Shown: piece by piece, positions 1 to 12,890 of the stretch | Layout of the letters: the number at the start of each line of letters is the position of its first letter | Position numbering within the stretch: the stretch's first letter is position 1 | Source of the DNA: Torpedo marmorata | Lineage: Eukaryota | Reading direction: 5' to 3' | DNA: 64,000 bases | Assembly: GCA_977017645.1 (NCBI GenBank) | Contig: OZ360246.1 | Span: forward strand, 15,624,001 to 15,688,000 | Notes under the pieces: model-generated | Told to the model about the DNA's origin: nothing | Databases searched by the model: none | What the model saw: the letters and a program-made list of their open reading frames with translations, nothing else | Program-made: the position numbers and the translations under genes

Positions 1-826
1 AATTTCTAATGACGGGGAAACCCACCCACCTTTGGATGGGGGGGGGATCTATTTTGACAGCCCTGAAATTGGGCACAGGAATCACACAGTGTAATTAATT
101 CCAGTCCATTCATTGCTACGCAGGTGGCAAACCAATAGTGTGCCGTCTGCTAATTACGCTGCTGCAACATCCAGCCAGCAATGAGCATGATGTTCATTGT
201 CAGGGGACCTGTATTGTGATGGCTGCGACCAGTTAGGGCCAATCTGCACTGCTTAAAGCTAGCCAGAACAGCATAAAGGGACAAGGCATTGTAACTGGAA
301 CAGGTGCTGGCAGGCATTCGACCAGTGAACCACAACTGAACCTGACGCAGGAATGTCATAGCACATGGGAGGGACTGAAGGAAAGGCGTGGGTGGGGGAA
401 AGGCTTTAGTTTCGAATCCTCCTGCCACTGGAGGTCACCTGAGGGGTGCGTCTCGGTGTTACCTGTTAACTCGTTAAATAATCTGGTCAAACATAATCAC
501 TGTTGGAATGTTTCAGATGGAATGCCACGTTGACATAATGTAAGTACTGTAAGCAGTAAATGAAGACAATGTAATATTCTGTATTGTATAACAATATTTT
601 AAACATTAAGTATATTTGGTGAGTGGGTGTGTGTGTGTGGGGGGGTAAATTTGTTTTGCTAATACCTTAGTGGAAGGATTGGCAAGGGGGTGTGAGTCAC
701 GGTGGTTGCAGAGAGAAAGGAGGTCCACCTGACCCATATTCAGAAAGACCAGGTAGCTGTGATATGGGTCATCGTTGAGCCCTGAGAACCTGGATACAAG
801 AGGTTCAGTGGCTTCACTATAAGGCC

Positions 827-916
827 TTCAAAACGTACGGGCATTGTAGGTTAGTCAGGTGTAATTGGGCGGCACGCGCTCGTGGGCCTGTTACCGTGCT
901 GTATGAATGTCTAAAG
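827..916 (+). mobile_element. 3' fragment of tRNA-derived V-domain SINE (HE1-like)
   Basis: Matches the 3' part of the full copy at 3728-3996; ends in GGCCTGTTACCGTGCTGTATG. Confidence 0.8.
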
Positions 917-1241
917 GTCAGCGAAAGCACCTTGAAATGTCATATTGCACCTCTAGTCTCTGCACCGCTCAATTGATCACATCTTGGTCGCACTCCTGCC
1001 AGCAATCTCTTTATCAGGACACGTGTTCAACAATCATTTGCTCCACCACATTCTCGCACCAGATCTCATTAGCTTCTTTTCTGTGTGCCTCATTTATGTG
1101 CGGGAGGCCTTTGTTACCCAGTCCCCTTGGTTTGCTGTGGAGGTTCCAATCCGGCTGCCACAGAATGAAGACATCATGACCGGGGGCGCTTTACTGGCCA
1201 CCAACTGCGTGATTCACTGCCAGCTGAATGTTGAGGCGCTA

Positions 1242-1644
1242 GAATCAGAATTTATTCTCATGAACATGTCACGAAATTTGTTGTTTTGGGGCAGCATCAC
1301 AGTGCAAATATTGCTATAAAATTACATTTAAAAATAAATAAATTAGTGCAAAAAAAAGGAGAAAGTGAGGTAGTGTCTGTGGTTCATTGTCCATTTAGAA
1401 ATCTGATGGCGGAGAGGAAGAAGCTGTCCTTGTGCCGCTGGGTGTTCATCTTCCCAATGGTAGCAGTGTGAAGAGGGCATGGCCTGGGTGTTGGGGGTCC
1501 TTGAGGATAGAGGCTGCTTTCTTAAGACAACGCCTCTTGTAGATGTCCTCGTTGGAGTGGAGACTGATGCCTGTGATGGCTCTGGCCGAGTTCACAACTC
1601 TCTGTAGTTCTTTCTTGTCATGTGCATTGGCACCTCCATACCAG
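1242..1644 (-). mobile_element. Rex1/Babar-type LINE, 5'-truncated 3' fragment (tail family A)
   Basis: ORF 1446-1661 gives WYGGANAHDKKELQRVVNSA...DPQHPGHALFTLLP, the same C-terminus as the long copy at 43884-46024; tail near TGA(C/G)AATAAATTCTGATTCT. Confidence 0.9.
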
Positions 1645-3114
1645 TCAGAATAGTTTTCCATTTCATTCCCAGCAGAGATTGGAGCTGACAGGTGTAACCG
1701 GTGATGGGTGTGGGTGCAGCTTGCGCTAAACCTGTAGTTCTCTGAGTCTTGTGTCTGCTCTGCTTGCTTGTCTGTGGCAATAATAATGAAAGATAATTAG
1801 GTCTCTTTGAAGAGAAGGTCTCAGTGACAAGGGAGAGCATTGGATGAGTTTGAAAATGGCAGCTTTGGCGAAGATGTTAGATCTGCCAGTGAGACTTGTA
1901 CGGTGATTTCAGTTTGCTCTCATTAACACACTCGCCAATCTCCACACCTACAAAGGTGCAAGCATGCCACAGATGCAGTTCAGGTTCCATGTTCTCCCCT
2001 GACACCCAACAGTTTCGCCATGCCGAGTTTTCATTACTCTCCCATCTCTCAATTTTTGAGTTTTATTTTCCTCTTCCCAAAAGCAAATCCGACAGATGAA
2101 ATAACACGCGACCTTTGGGAAAACATACACGGCAAAAGTAAATGTTTTAAAATGTTTTTGCATGTGTATCATGATGAATGTTTAAAACTTACTGTGGTTT
2201 CTGTGCTTAAAGGAAGCCAATTGTGTAATAGGGTTTTGCTAGTTTTCTGAGCCACATGGAATTAAAAATATAGGCAATTACTAAAATGGCTTATTAAAAG
2301 ATTTATTAGCTTTCATCCCTTTTCTACAGGAGTGACAACAATAGAACTGTAATTTCATTCATTATTCCTGTGATATGAAGCTAAGTGAAACTTGTAGACG
2401 AAATTGAAGTTAGAAAGTTAGATTTCATTTCATGTACTTAACTCGCCTTGTGCCTCTGTACTTTCAGTAATGTCAAATGCGATGACAGCATTGTCATGGT
2501 GTATATTTTAATGCAGTCCAGTTCCTCCACACCATTAAGGCTTTGTGCACTATACCCGGCTATTTCCCTGGTGAAACCATTAATGTTCGCTGTTAAAAAT
2601 GAAAATACCCCCAATTGAATCAATGCAGCAAAATTCTTATGCCTGATTGATTTTTAAATGTTGGGAAGACTCACTTCGTAAAAGCAGAAAGCTTACAGTG
2701 TGAAGTTGTTTGGTTACTAGCTGGAAGAGATAAATCTTACCAGAAGCAGCATAAAATTTTCAACAGTGGTAATCCTTACATATGTCGACAGTGCAAAGAA
2801 GTGATGTACTCTGTTGTGTTGCTCATAAAATATTTAGAAGCTCTGAGATGTGCCTCTTGGAGTTTAAAAAGAATCCAGTGCAGATGCATTAAATGATTTC
2901 AGTAACCAAGTATGTTCCTTTAAAAATGCTCCTGTTCAAACATTTATGAGGTGATGGTGTGCAAGGTAAGCATGTGAGTGGGTTGTTAGGGGACTGTGCG
3001 ACGTTGGAATGTTCTGACTACTGAGCTAATACCAAGCCTTTTCATGAAGTGGTTGTTTCATTGGACTACCCGTGCATTAGCTGGTGATCAAAAAAATGTC
3101 CAAAAATCAAACAC

Positions 3115-3530
3115 AGGATTTAAAAACAGAAAATACTGGAATTGCTCAGCAGGTCAGGCAGCATTCATGGAGAGAGAAGCAGAATGAACTTTTCTGGTTG
3201 AGGAGAAGTGGGACGTTAGAAGTCAAACAAGTTACTGAGAAAAGGAGCAGTGGAGAGACCACAGGACAGTGACCAAGAACGTGTACATGACACACGTGAT
3301 GGAGTGTAGGCTGAGTTAAAACTGAAAGCAGGTATGATAATAGAGAAATGAGTGAGGAGAGAAAGTAAATGCTGGAACAATAAAGCACCGAGCTGCGTTG
3401 GCAGTTGCAACAATGTTGGGACCACTTGTGAGTTTGCATTCTCGGTAGCAAAACAATGATCCCCGCTGGAAACGGTATCTCTTTGCACAGTGGTCACGCT
3501 CAGTTTCCGCTGGCAGTCACGCCCTCCAGG
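3115..3530 (-). mobile_element. Degenerate Penelope-like element remnant
   Basis: Starts with AAATACTGGAATTGCTCAGCAGGTCAGGCAGCATTC, the terminal motif shared by the other Penelope-derived pieces; the remainder is highly decayed. Confidence 0.45.
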
Positions 3531-3727
3531 ATATTTTCATGCTTGGAGCAGTTTTAGAGCGTTGCATGAAATGGGAGCAGGACGGTTGTATTGTCCCAGC
3601 TCCCGTTCACAAGTCTGGCCGAGGGGGTTTGATGTACCTAGTGTCAGGTGGATGTGTTGAAGCAGTGTTCGGGTCCGTTGTAGGTTGGGATCTTGAGGAA
3701 GTCATCTTGTCTTGGAAGAGAAATTGC

Positions 3728-3996
3728 ATTTAAATTTAATTTAAAAAAAAATTAGACATACAGCACGGTAACAGGCCATTTCAGCCCACGTGTCCATGCC
3801 GCCCAATTTACCCCATTTAACCTACACCCCCGGTACGTTTTTTGAACGGTGGGAGGAAACCGGAGCCCCCGTAGAAAACCCACGCAGACACGGGGAGAAC
3901 ATACAAACTCCTTACAGACAGATTCGAACCCCGGTCCGGTCCCGATCGCTGACGCTGTAAAGGCGTTGCGCTAACCGCTACGCCAACCGTGCCGCC
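3728..3996 (-). mobile_element. Full-length tRNA-derived V-domain SINE (HE1-like)
   Basis: Minus strand: tRNA-like head with A box (TGGCGTAGCGG) and B box (GGTTCGAATC), V-domain GAGTTTGTATGTTCTCCCCGTGTCTGCGTGGGTT...GCTCCGGTTTCCTCCCA, CR1-like tail GGCCTGTTACCGTGCTGTATG, AT-rich end. Confidence 0.9.
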
Positions 3997-4769
3997 AAAA
4001 TGAACACTTCTTAAAAAAACAAAATCAAACACTTTATATCACAGAAAATTCATATATTCAATCTTGCAACAAAAGCAACACTATAATGAACACAGATGCA
4101 GCATTACATGGTACAAATTAAAAAAGGATCACACTGTGGAGGCTCTGACGTTTCGAGCACATTGTGGCTGAGGTGGGGGCGGCGCTACGCAGTGGCCCAG
4201 AGGGCCTTTGCATGGCTCTCCTCAACCTTGGAATGTGTTAGTTGAGAACTCGTGCTGGTGGAGCGTTCATTCTGTTGGAAGGTCAGCGCGTCTCCGTCTG
4301 ACTGTGGGGGTCACTTTCACCGCGTCTTCTAGCAGCAGTTGATTCCTGTCTTCCTGGTTTGCAGTTTAGAGTTGGGCATCATGCTGTGATCTTGGTTCAC
4401 AGACCTGACGCGGACAGTGCTGTGGGCTCCGTCGGTGCCAATGCTGCAGGCCGTGTGTCTGCCAAAGCTGTTGCTGCCACTATTATCAGAAGTGACTTTC
4501 GCTACCCTACTTTCACCTATTGACCTGGGCTCATGCTCTGCCAATCATAGGTCAAGCAGGCTGCAGGTCAATTGCAAAACAATGGGTGTAGTTCACCCTT
4601 GGTTGGGTGGGATTCTTCCACAGCCAAATTAGATTGCCATTCAAACACCTACAGCTACCAAACCAAAGGTTGCGTTTATCAAATGTGTACCTGTTACCTC
4701 TCAACGCCAACATGTCAGTCTGACACAGTGGATCAGCATGGCCAGTTGCAATTACTGTGGGCTAAGTTG

Positions 4770-5129
4770 GAGATGTTGGTGAGGGAATGTTACCGACTGG
4801 CACATTCCAGGCTGCAGGAGTATGTGTTAAGGGACACTCTGAGGCTTGGTGCAGCCAATGTGAGGCAGCTGTGGGGAAGGACCACAGTCTAGAGTCCTCC
4901 CATTACCGGGCATTGAGGGGCTGAGACCGAGGGGAAGTCCCTCAAACAAAGAGGGGGGAAGCGACAAAGGTGCCACAGGGGTGGTAATGGTGTAAATGGG
5001 ATCAATGTAACAAGGCACAGTGATGGGAATGTATGGATATGAAAGTAAAGGTGGGAACAGACTCTGAAAGGTTTTCCTTTTGTAAATAATTTATTGTGAA
5101 TAAAGTCTATTTTTGGTTTTTAAAAAAAA
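4770..5129 (+). mobile_element. L1/Tx1-clade LINE 3' end (ORF2 C-terminus, 3' UTR, poly-A)
   Basis: Translation ECYRLAHSRLQEYVLRDTLRLGAANVRQLWGRTTV* resembles, from recall, ORF2 C-termini of chondrichthyan Tx1-like LINEs; AATAAA near 5099 followed by an A-run. Confidence 0.65.
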
Positions 5130-6818
5130 GTTAGCCAGAGCCACTTTAACCTGGGTTTTTGAAGTTGAGATTCTGGGCTACATGGCTTTTTGCACCTGTA
5201 CGGATGAGCCATCTCTTCTAACCTCCCCCCAAACAGAGGAGGGAATGGCTTGAACAGATGTGCTACTGAAACATAGTCCATGAAGATCAGGCTAATTGAG
5301 CTGGTTTGGAATGCCCGACTGCTGTATTTGGAAGCCACTCAAAGGAACGTTTCACTGAAGCTGTATTTCTTTTAATTTACAGTTTCTGTTTTGAAACCAA
5401 TGTTACGTAATATGCCCAACCTTGGTTAGATTACATGAAAATGGTCATCCATCTGGTTTACACTGATTGTCTATGAGATCTCTTGGGACATGGATCACTG
5501 TCTAGCTGTGTTACCGTACTAAATTTCCCGCGGAGTTTATGAATCTGGTGAAGTGCAACTGTTTAATAACTATGAGCTGAATTAGCTTCACCTGAGATGA
5601 AAATTATTACTGTTCTGTCTTAGTTTTTAAAAATGCACCAACGTGTCACAACGGTTTTGTTTGTGGTGGTGGGGGAATGGCTGTCACGCAGATGGGAATA
5701 TAGTGAACTGGCTCTGTTTGTATTTTACTTTTAATAATGAAACCTTATCAAAAGAGCGGGCCTTGTCTGACACTGCCAAGCAGTCATTGCTGGAGTCCAG
5801 TTCTCTGACTGCCACCTTTCTCAAATCGGCACAAGCAGTTTCAACCTGGAACTGTGTGGGCCAATTCACAGCTAATTTTACCAATGGAATGCGGTAACAA
5901 AAGTCTTTGGTGCTTATCCTGCCAGGACAGGAAAATCCAGTCTCCTCTTTATTGCAGACTAAATACATTCCTGTCAGGAGATGGCATCTGTATAGACGTA
6001 CACAATCAAGATAGATATCACCCTTTGATAAGTGGATTCTGCTACGAATTAAAAAGGACGGTTGTGATTGTGGGAGTGTTGACAGTCCCTGCTTCTGAAC
6101 ATGAGGCTCAGAACCAATGAACCACAGGCTCGTTTTCAAAGGTGACAATGGACCAATCGTGGGAGATCACTCCATAGCACTCGAGACGCCTGGTGAAGTT
6201 TGAACGGCATTTGCGCTCGCCACTCACCAGGTCTGAGGCCCCCAAGGCAGGATAGATGGCTGCTTTGTTGTGTGGCACGTGGAAGTAATCAACCGGGATT
6301 GGGAATCTTTATATCCTGAAACTCCCACATATCAGGAAGTCATTCGTGCCTTTGATAATCTTTTCACTGATGGTACATCTGAAGAGTTTAAATTTTGTGA
6401 TACATCGGAAGGGGGGTCTTTTTACACCAGATTTGAAGAGACTTTGCGATGAAGAGACTTTGCGATGTGGCAATTTGTTCCCATCTTAAATATTGTGTGG
6501 GTGTATTTCCCTCCTCCCAAAAAGGAATGTTGGCTAAGCCACTGGAAACTTTTCTCAGCAATGGCCCCTTTAACATTGAGTGGATGAGGGGGAGGTAGTG
6601 GAAAGGTATTACAAAAAAAGTGTTTGTGTTATTTTTGCAATGCAGCGGGAGCTCTTTCAGAATTAAAAGAACAAAGTTCTTTTCAAGCCCAGTAAGTTGG
6701 CAATCTTAGGGCCGTACCTTTTATATATTGTTTAAAAAAAAATCCCAAATTATCTGCTGCTTGGGAGATGAGTACTATTTGTCTGGCTACACTTTGGCCT
6801 AGACCCACTGTTGTGTCG

Positions 6819-6832
6819 GTTGCTATGGAGAG
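6819..6832 (+). promoter_or_regulatory. RFX X-box-like motif in TE-free unique sequence
   Basis: GTTGCTATGGAGAG is a near match to GTTGCCATGGNAAC; motif match only. Confidence 0.2.
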
Positions 6833-7904
6833 AAACATTTCAAGTGCCAGATTAAGAAAGAAACTGAACTGAAATGGGTAGAAATATGATCTGTGTTTAA
6901 GGGTGTGAATCAGTGCACAACTCCAAGATAGGGTTGGCTGTATTAAACTTTATATCCTCCCCCCACCCTCACCACCGCAAAAAGAAAGTATTGACTGACA
7001 CCTTCCTGTTCCTTTCAACCAGAGTTCAGGTTCGGCCCTTCATACTGTCTGTTTACACATCAGCCCGAAAAGCAGCTGTACACTCAAAGCAGGTTTCATA
7101 TTGGAATGTCTGTTTGCCTGCCTGCCTCAGGCATTGCCAAGTGTTAGCTGTTACAGTGGTTGTGTTTGCTCAATGCATCTCAGACGGGCTGGCAATATGA
7201 TCGTCTGCCACCATGAATGCATTACACTCCGTTTGACCTAATAAGGGCTGAAACCTTGAGAAAGAGAAAGAAAGATGCATCTAGGCAGATAGCATTCTTT
7301 CATTTTCAAGAAAAGATACGAAAGGAGAAGAACTTAATTCTGAATTTAAAACTGGGCAAGAAGCCAATTTAATTGTATCGGTTTTGTTTCATACATAACG
7401 CAACATATATCCTGTTGAAGGGCTGAACTGGCATTGTCATTAAAATTTCAGAAAGTTTTCGATATTACACGAAAAAGACCATTGTTCTATTTAAAATATT
7501 TCAGTCACATTCCAACGGAGGTAAATTAACATAATAACTTATTGTGCTGTATGCTTCTGACTAATTCTACGCCATATGGTTTGCATTACAGACATGTTTA
7601 GCAATCTCCATTGGTTACTTTTGTTTCAAGAGTGTGTCTTTAAATAACGATTTTCTTGCAAAAGGAACTTCAGTATAAATGACGTTATTTGTGAAGTGTT
7701 CAAAATGTTCAGCATTTCATAAGCTTGGCAGGGTCTTCCTGTTAAACCTTGTGTCTCAGAAGGTTTTCTCCCTTAAATCTAGTAACCTTAAAGGCATCCA
7801 GGTCTTTTACCAAGAATTTCTATTGATACTGATGATATTGAATGCAATAGAGAAATGTTTTATTTTAAATAAGGCTAAATGGGGCAGATGTCAGAAATCT
7901 GAAA

Positions 7905-7960
7905 TGAAAGTATCAAATGCTAGAAATACTCAGCAGATCAGGCAGCATCTGCGGAGAGCC
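7905..7960 (-). mobile_element. Penelope-derived terminal fragment
   Basis: AAATGCTAGAAATACTCAGCAGATCAGGCAGCATCTGCGGAGAG motif. Confidence 0.55.
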
Positions 7961-8410
7961 GCACGCTATCCTGACTTGGAAATATACCTCTGTTCCAATC
8001 AAAGGTTTATTGCTCAGGTGCAGTGCTGAATCAGAACTTTAGGTGGCTGTAGATTTTTAGGAAGTTACAAAGATGTGTATATGTAAATATGCAAACATTA
8101 AAATTAGAACTTGCAATTCGTGTTTTTCTTTTTAATTGTTGCAGAGGATTTTACTTGGAAAGACTGTAATGGGAGTGGTACAACTAAGAAATGAAAAAGG
8201 ATTATGTTTTATTGTGTGCAATGCCTTTAAAAGAACGTTACTACTAGCAGCTGAACACATTTTTGCGCATTTTATTTAGACACTGAAGCCATTCTAAGCT
8301 GTAATATTAATTTGACTAGGAGGCTAGTAAAAATTTCATTCTCCTTTTACAGAAATAGGACATGCTTGCATTCATTAAAGTTATTTCATGGGGATTGATG
8401 ATAGATGTGG

Positions 8411-8851
8411 ACATAAGAACATAAGAAATAGGAGCAGGAGTAGGCCATCCAGCCCGTCGAGCCTGCTCCGCCATTCAATGAGATCATGGCTGATCTGATG
8501 ATAGACTCATCTCCACCTACCTGCCTTTTCCCCATATCCCTTAATTCCCTTACTAAGTAAAAATATATCCAACCTTGTCTTAAATATATTTACTGAGGTA
8601 GCCTCCACTGCTTCAATGGGCAGCGAATTCCACAGATTCACCACCCTCTGGGAAAAGCAGTTCCTCCTCATCTCCGTCCTAAATCTACTACCCTGGATCT
8701 TGAGGTTATGTCCCCTAGTTCTGGTCTTCCCTACCAATGGGAACAACTTACCTACCTCTATTTTTTCTATGCCTTTCATAATTTTATATGTTTCCATAAG
8801 ATCCCCCCTCATTCTTCTAAATTCCAGTGAGTACAGACCCAGACAACTCAA
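8411..8851 (-). mobile_element. CR1 LINE 3' fragment
   Basis: ORF 8507-8851 LGLYSLEFRRMRGDLMETYKIM...FSQRVVNLWNSLP (CR1 ORF2 C-terminus); (TTCTTATG)n tail; same subfamily as 61611-62285. Confidence 0.95.
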
Positions 8852-8995
8852 TCAGCGGATGAAATTCCCCCCGATGATAACTTAACTTTACTAGGAAAAG
8901 CCAGGAGCGCTGCAGTCTTATTTGATTCCTTCTGATTGCACACACAAAAGGAACATTCTCCCAGAAAACTTGCAACATTTAAGATGTATTTGGTA

Positions 8996-9105
8996 TATAT
9001 TTTTCCTTGAAAATGAGGAAAAGAAGGTACATAGTTTTCGAAAGTTCAACCTTAGCTTCATGATATAGAATGTCTCTGATCTTGAATGTGGCCTTGTTTA
9101 TAACG
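8996..9105 (+). repeat. Local duplication, copy 1 (paired with 10167-10265)
   Basis: About 110 bp homologous; 30-bp identical core GAAAGTTCAACCTTAGCTTCATGATATAGA at 9040-9069. Confidence 0.85.
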
Positions 9106-9369
9106 GGTATGTCTCTTGACATTTAGCTGTTGAGTGCACTTTAAAGTACAGTGGCTGCTCACATGACAGTCTGTCCACAGCAGTATACAGATAAGCTATT
9201 GAGTAATCTTCCTCCCCCTCTCTGGGCCCTTTGTGTGCCATTAACTGCAGAGTCCACTATTCCTAGTGATTCGATTTTGAAATATGAAAGAACGGAGTAA
9301 TTTTCCTGGAAAGTAAATTTCATGAATGCTGCAACAGTGCCATACTCAGAATTGTTGCTTTCCGAACTA

Positions 9370-9709
9370 CACTTCACTCCATCGAGGACATCTACATGAG
9401 GCGGTGTCTTAAAAAAGCAGCCTTTGTCCTCAAAGACCCCCACCACCCAGACCATGCCCTCTTCACTCTGCTACCATCGGGAAAAAGGTACAGGAGCCTA
9501 AAGTCGAGCACTCAACGGCACAAGGACAGCTTCTTCCCCGCTCCATCAGATTCCTGAATAATCAATGAACCAGACACTGCCTTACTTTTAGTGCACTATT
9601 ATTTATATATTTTTTTATAGTAATGTTGTAAGATGGTTATAATATGAATGTTTGCATTATGATGCTGCCACAAAACACCGAATTTCATGACAATAAATTC
9701 TGATTCTGA
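9370..9709 (+). mobile_element. Rex1/Babar LINE 3' fragment (family A)
   Basis: Nearly identical to the 3' ends of 43884-46024 and 56280-57913; tail GACAATAAATTCTGATTCTGA. Confidence 0.95.
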
Positions 9710-10166
9710 TACATGGTTCTCTTTTGTATATTAAAATAAATCTGCAGTCCATGTATTTTTAACCAGCACTTTCCTTCTGATTAACACCTGTGATGGGCTG
9801 TATGAAGTTTGATAACGGAAATACTGTCTGCCACCTCAAGCATGTGGAAGCTTTGTGTGGTTCCAGAAACAACCATAAACCATCCTGAAAAAAGTTTAAA
9901 TTTTACTTTTAAAATGAGCAGCTTGGAGATGCAACTGTTAACCAATCGACCTAATTCCTTGCGGTATTCCCTACCGCAAGGAATCCTGTACCTGAATATT
10001 AAAAAAAAAAATCTATATAATGTTTATGGGTTTTAGAGTTTAAAGCCTCTACTCAAGCGCCAAATGTGGTTCTCCAGAATGGAGCAGCATATTTGATTGA
10101 TCTGTGAGGCTATTAAACATATCTCTGAAACTTGCCTATCCAGTGAAATTTCAGAATAATGCGTTT

Positions 10167-10265
10167 ATATTTTTCTTTCAAAATGAAGAAAAGATTGTAA
10201 ATAGTATAGAAAGTTCAACCTTAGCTTCATGATATAGATCTTGAACATGGACGTGTTTATAATGT
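10167..10265 (+). repeat. Local duplication, copy 2
   Basis: Identical 30-bp core at 10209-10238; short deletion relative to copy 1. Confidence 0.85.
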
Positions 10266-11564
10266 TGAGCTTTCAAGCAGTGCTGTTCTTCATGGTGTGT
10301 CTTACCTGGTACTAAATCCCCCAAATTGTCCCAAATTCAGGGTTGATCCATAAGAGCTGCCCCACTGATCTTTGGATGTGGTTTTTGCTTCTTGGCTTCA
10401 CCCAACATGGCCATAGTATAACCAAGCATCTGGATTCAAGACTGATTCCTCTCAAATGGACCATTTCTCACAGCCCAAAGATTGTCACATTCCTTTACTT
10501 TCTCCCTTAGTTCTTCGTTCATTACATCCTTTATTTCACTATTATAGGGTGTCCTGCATGCACTCTCTTCCTATACCATTACAACACAGCCGTCTCCCTC
10601 CCATCACATTCACCATTCTAACACGCTGCTGAAGGGTACCAAATCTGTGGGGGTTGGCCCTCTTTTAGTATTGTATCACCTGCCTTTTCCAAACCTCTCA
10701 CTTCACAACACTTTTCTCTGCCAGCTGAGCTAATCCCATGTATTTGTCAATCCTCCCATCAGTAATGGGCCCACCTCACACACATTTCTTCCATGTTCAT
10801 CATATCTATCCCTGGCAGAAGCCGAAGTCCACTTGCCTTCAAGTTGAAATGTTCCCTACCATTGAAACTACCTTTACAATTTCCTTGAAAGAATATAATT
10901 TGAATAGATAAATTTTTTGATGAAAAATATATTTCATATTACGCAACAGTCTTTGGCTCCATATGTGGTACACTAAATGCTTTACTATCTGGCATCCTTG
11001 GGAATCGGGAGATGTCAGTTAATCAAATATGCCAGTTCATCAAGAGTTGAGGGCATCCTCACACAATCAATAATAGTAAAGGTGACAGAAGAGAAATGCA
11101 GTATTGTATAGCACTCACTGATGCGTTTGCAGAGATAATTAGCAATCAAGCGAGAAGATACAAGCGATTGGCAGGATAGCAGATGAGTGGGCTCTCCCAC
11201 GGTGCTACCCTGATGTCTTAGGTGCTGGTTAGTGAAGTGTTGGATAACTGACCATTAAGTGCTTATCATGAAATAAATATCTTCCAGCTCACCGTGCCTA
11301 GCATATTAATGCATGAAAAATACAGACCTGAACTTAGTGGTTCCACCTAAAATGCTTTGATTAGAATTAAAACAACAGATATTAAAAGCGTACACCATAA
11401 TGTGGCACAAAATTACAACGTCAACCCATTTCCAAGGCACAGCATGGTCATAGATGATCCAAGCACACCGCCAAATGGAGCACTGGTCTTTAAATTGTTG
11501 GCTGCCATGAGCAAAATTTCCTTCAACTAAGTAGCAGAATGCCAGGATCATTAATTAAACAAAG

Positions 11565-11700
11565 TCAGAAGACACTGGGGTTGAGTGCAATACACAAATG
11601 TGCTGGAGAAACTCAGCAGGTCACACCGCATCTATAGGAAGTAAAGGGTAACCAAAGTTTGGGGCCTGGGCCCTTTGTCGGGTATAAGCAAAACCAGGCA
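11565..11700 (-). mobile_element. Penelope-derived short unit with decayed hammerhead motif
   Basis: GTGCTGGAGAAACTCAGCAGGTCA...TTTGGGGCCTGGGCCCTTTGTCGG is the reverse complement of the 18568-18679 unit type. Confidence 0.75.
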
Positions 11701-12299
11701 GGTGCCAGAATCATCGCCTCATTCCCTGTCAAAATTCCGTTCTTTCACCACTCTCCCCCGGTCCTTTACTGAGGCTGAACCAGACTGTTTGGTGTCGTTG
11801 CATCACCTCTGACCATTATTTGGGAAACCACAGCTAGCCTAGACACAGAAAGGATAGACAGATTGATGACTCTTTTCTCTTGATGTCAGCTCTTCCACCG
11901 AGGCCGATTTCCCCCGGCCATTTTCACCTGACTGTCTTTGCCTCAGGAATAATTCAATCGTACCTTTCTTAACTTGAGGTTGAACTACCTGATTCACTCC
12001 AGAGCGTGTACCATCTTTTCACCTCTACTTGAAGATGTGCAGAATGTTGCTGGTCTAACTTGCACCACCACCTGAACTCGCTCTAACCTGCTGTACTCTC
12101 CACATAATAAGTAATGTTCTGATTGCAAAGTTCTCATCACTGTAACCTCCTATATTTACTGCAGAACTCTGTGCTGCTTCAATTCTGACCTCCAGAGTGT
12201 TCCAGGATTGATGGCCGTGTCTTCAGCTGTCTTCACCTTTCCTCACAATCCCCGTCACCCCCCCCCACCAAATCCCCGCACCTCTTCATCTCAAGTCAG

Positions 12300-12890
12300 G
12301 CGGCATATGCGGAAAGAAAATGTGACCTTTCAGCAGAACTAGTAAAAGTTAGAAATCAAACCCTTTTAAAATTGCAGAGGAAGGGAAGGGATTGAGAGAA
12401 AGAAAAGGATTGTGTGATGTAGGGTGGACACCAGAGAATGTCACAAGTACAGTAGTAGTGGTTCCAGGAAGGAAGGAATAGAGGGAGATGAGCGAGAACA
12501 GAGAAATAATGAGGTACCAAGCACTGCTTTTTCTGGAAATCTGATCTAAACAAGAATGCTAAAATACTCGGCAGGTCAGGAAGGATACGTGGAGAGAGAT
12601 AAATAAGTTAATACGACAGATTAGGAAAGCTGGTTCTCTGGAATTGTTGCCTTCAGCATCAGGCCATGAGGGCTGTGATTGCTCAGACAAAAGATCTGGA
12701 ACTTCCGTTGGGCTTGGGTGAAACAGTGCAAGAGGCCAAAGGCAGAAAGGTGAGAATGCGATTATTTATGGCGTGTTGCAGAAGTCTCGACAGATCCACC
12801 GTGGTGAGTTGCGACCGGATGTGCCCAGCTGAATTTATGGAAAAAGCTGAAGCCAATCTGGAAATGGCTGCAATTGCTTTCCACTATTGA
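12300..12890 (-). mobile_element. Highly degenerate Penelope-like remnant
   Basis: Terminal motif at 12555-12600 (AATACTCGGCAGGTCAGG) plus decayed antisense GIY-YIG-region-like sequence. Confidence 0.45.

Noticed and set aside
517-539. 23-nt micro-exon with GTAAGT donor
   Set aside because: Almost no polypyrimidine tract and no supporting evidence.
5904-5962. Walker A-like peptide VFGAYPARTGKSSLLFIAD
   Set aside because: Lacks the first Gly at the proper spacing and is followed immediately by a stop.
5684-6148. 154-aa minus-strand ORF
   Set aside because: No recognisable domain or splice context; compatible with chance.
9012-9080. C/D-box snoRNA-like arrangement (ATGAGGA...CTGA)
   Set aside because: Box C is non-canonical, there is no terminal stem, and the second copy lacks the D box.
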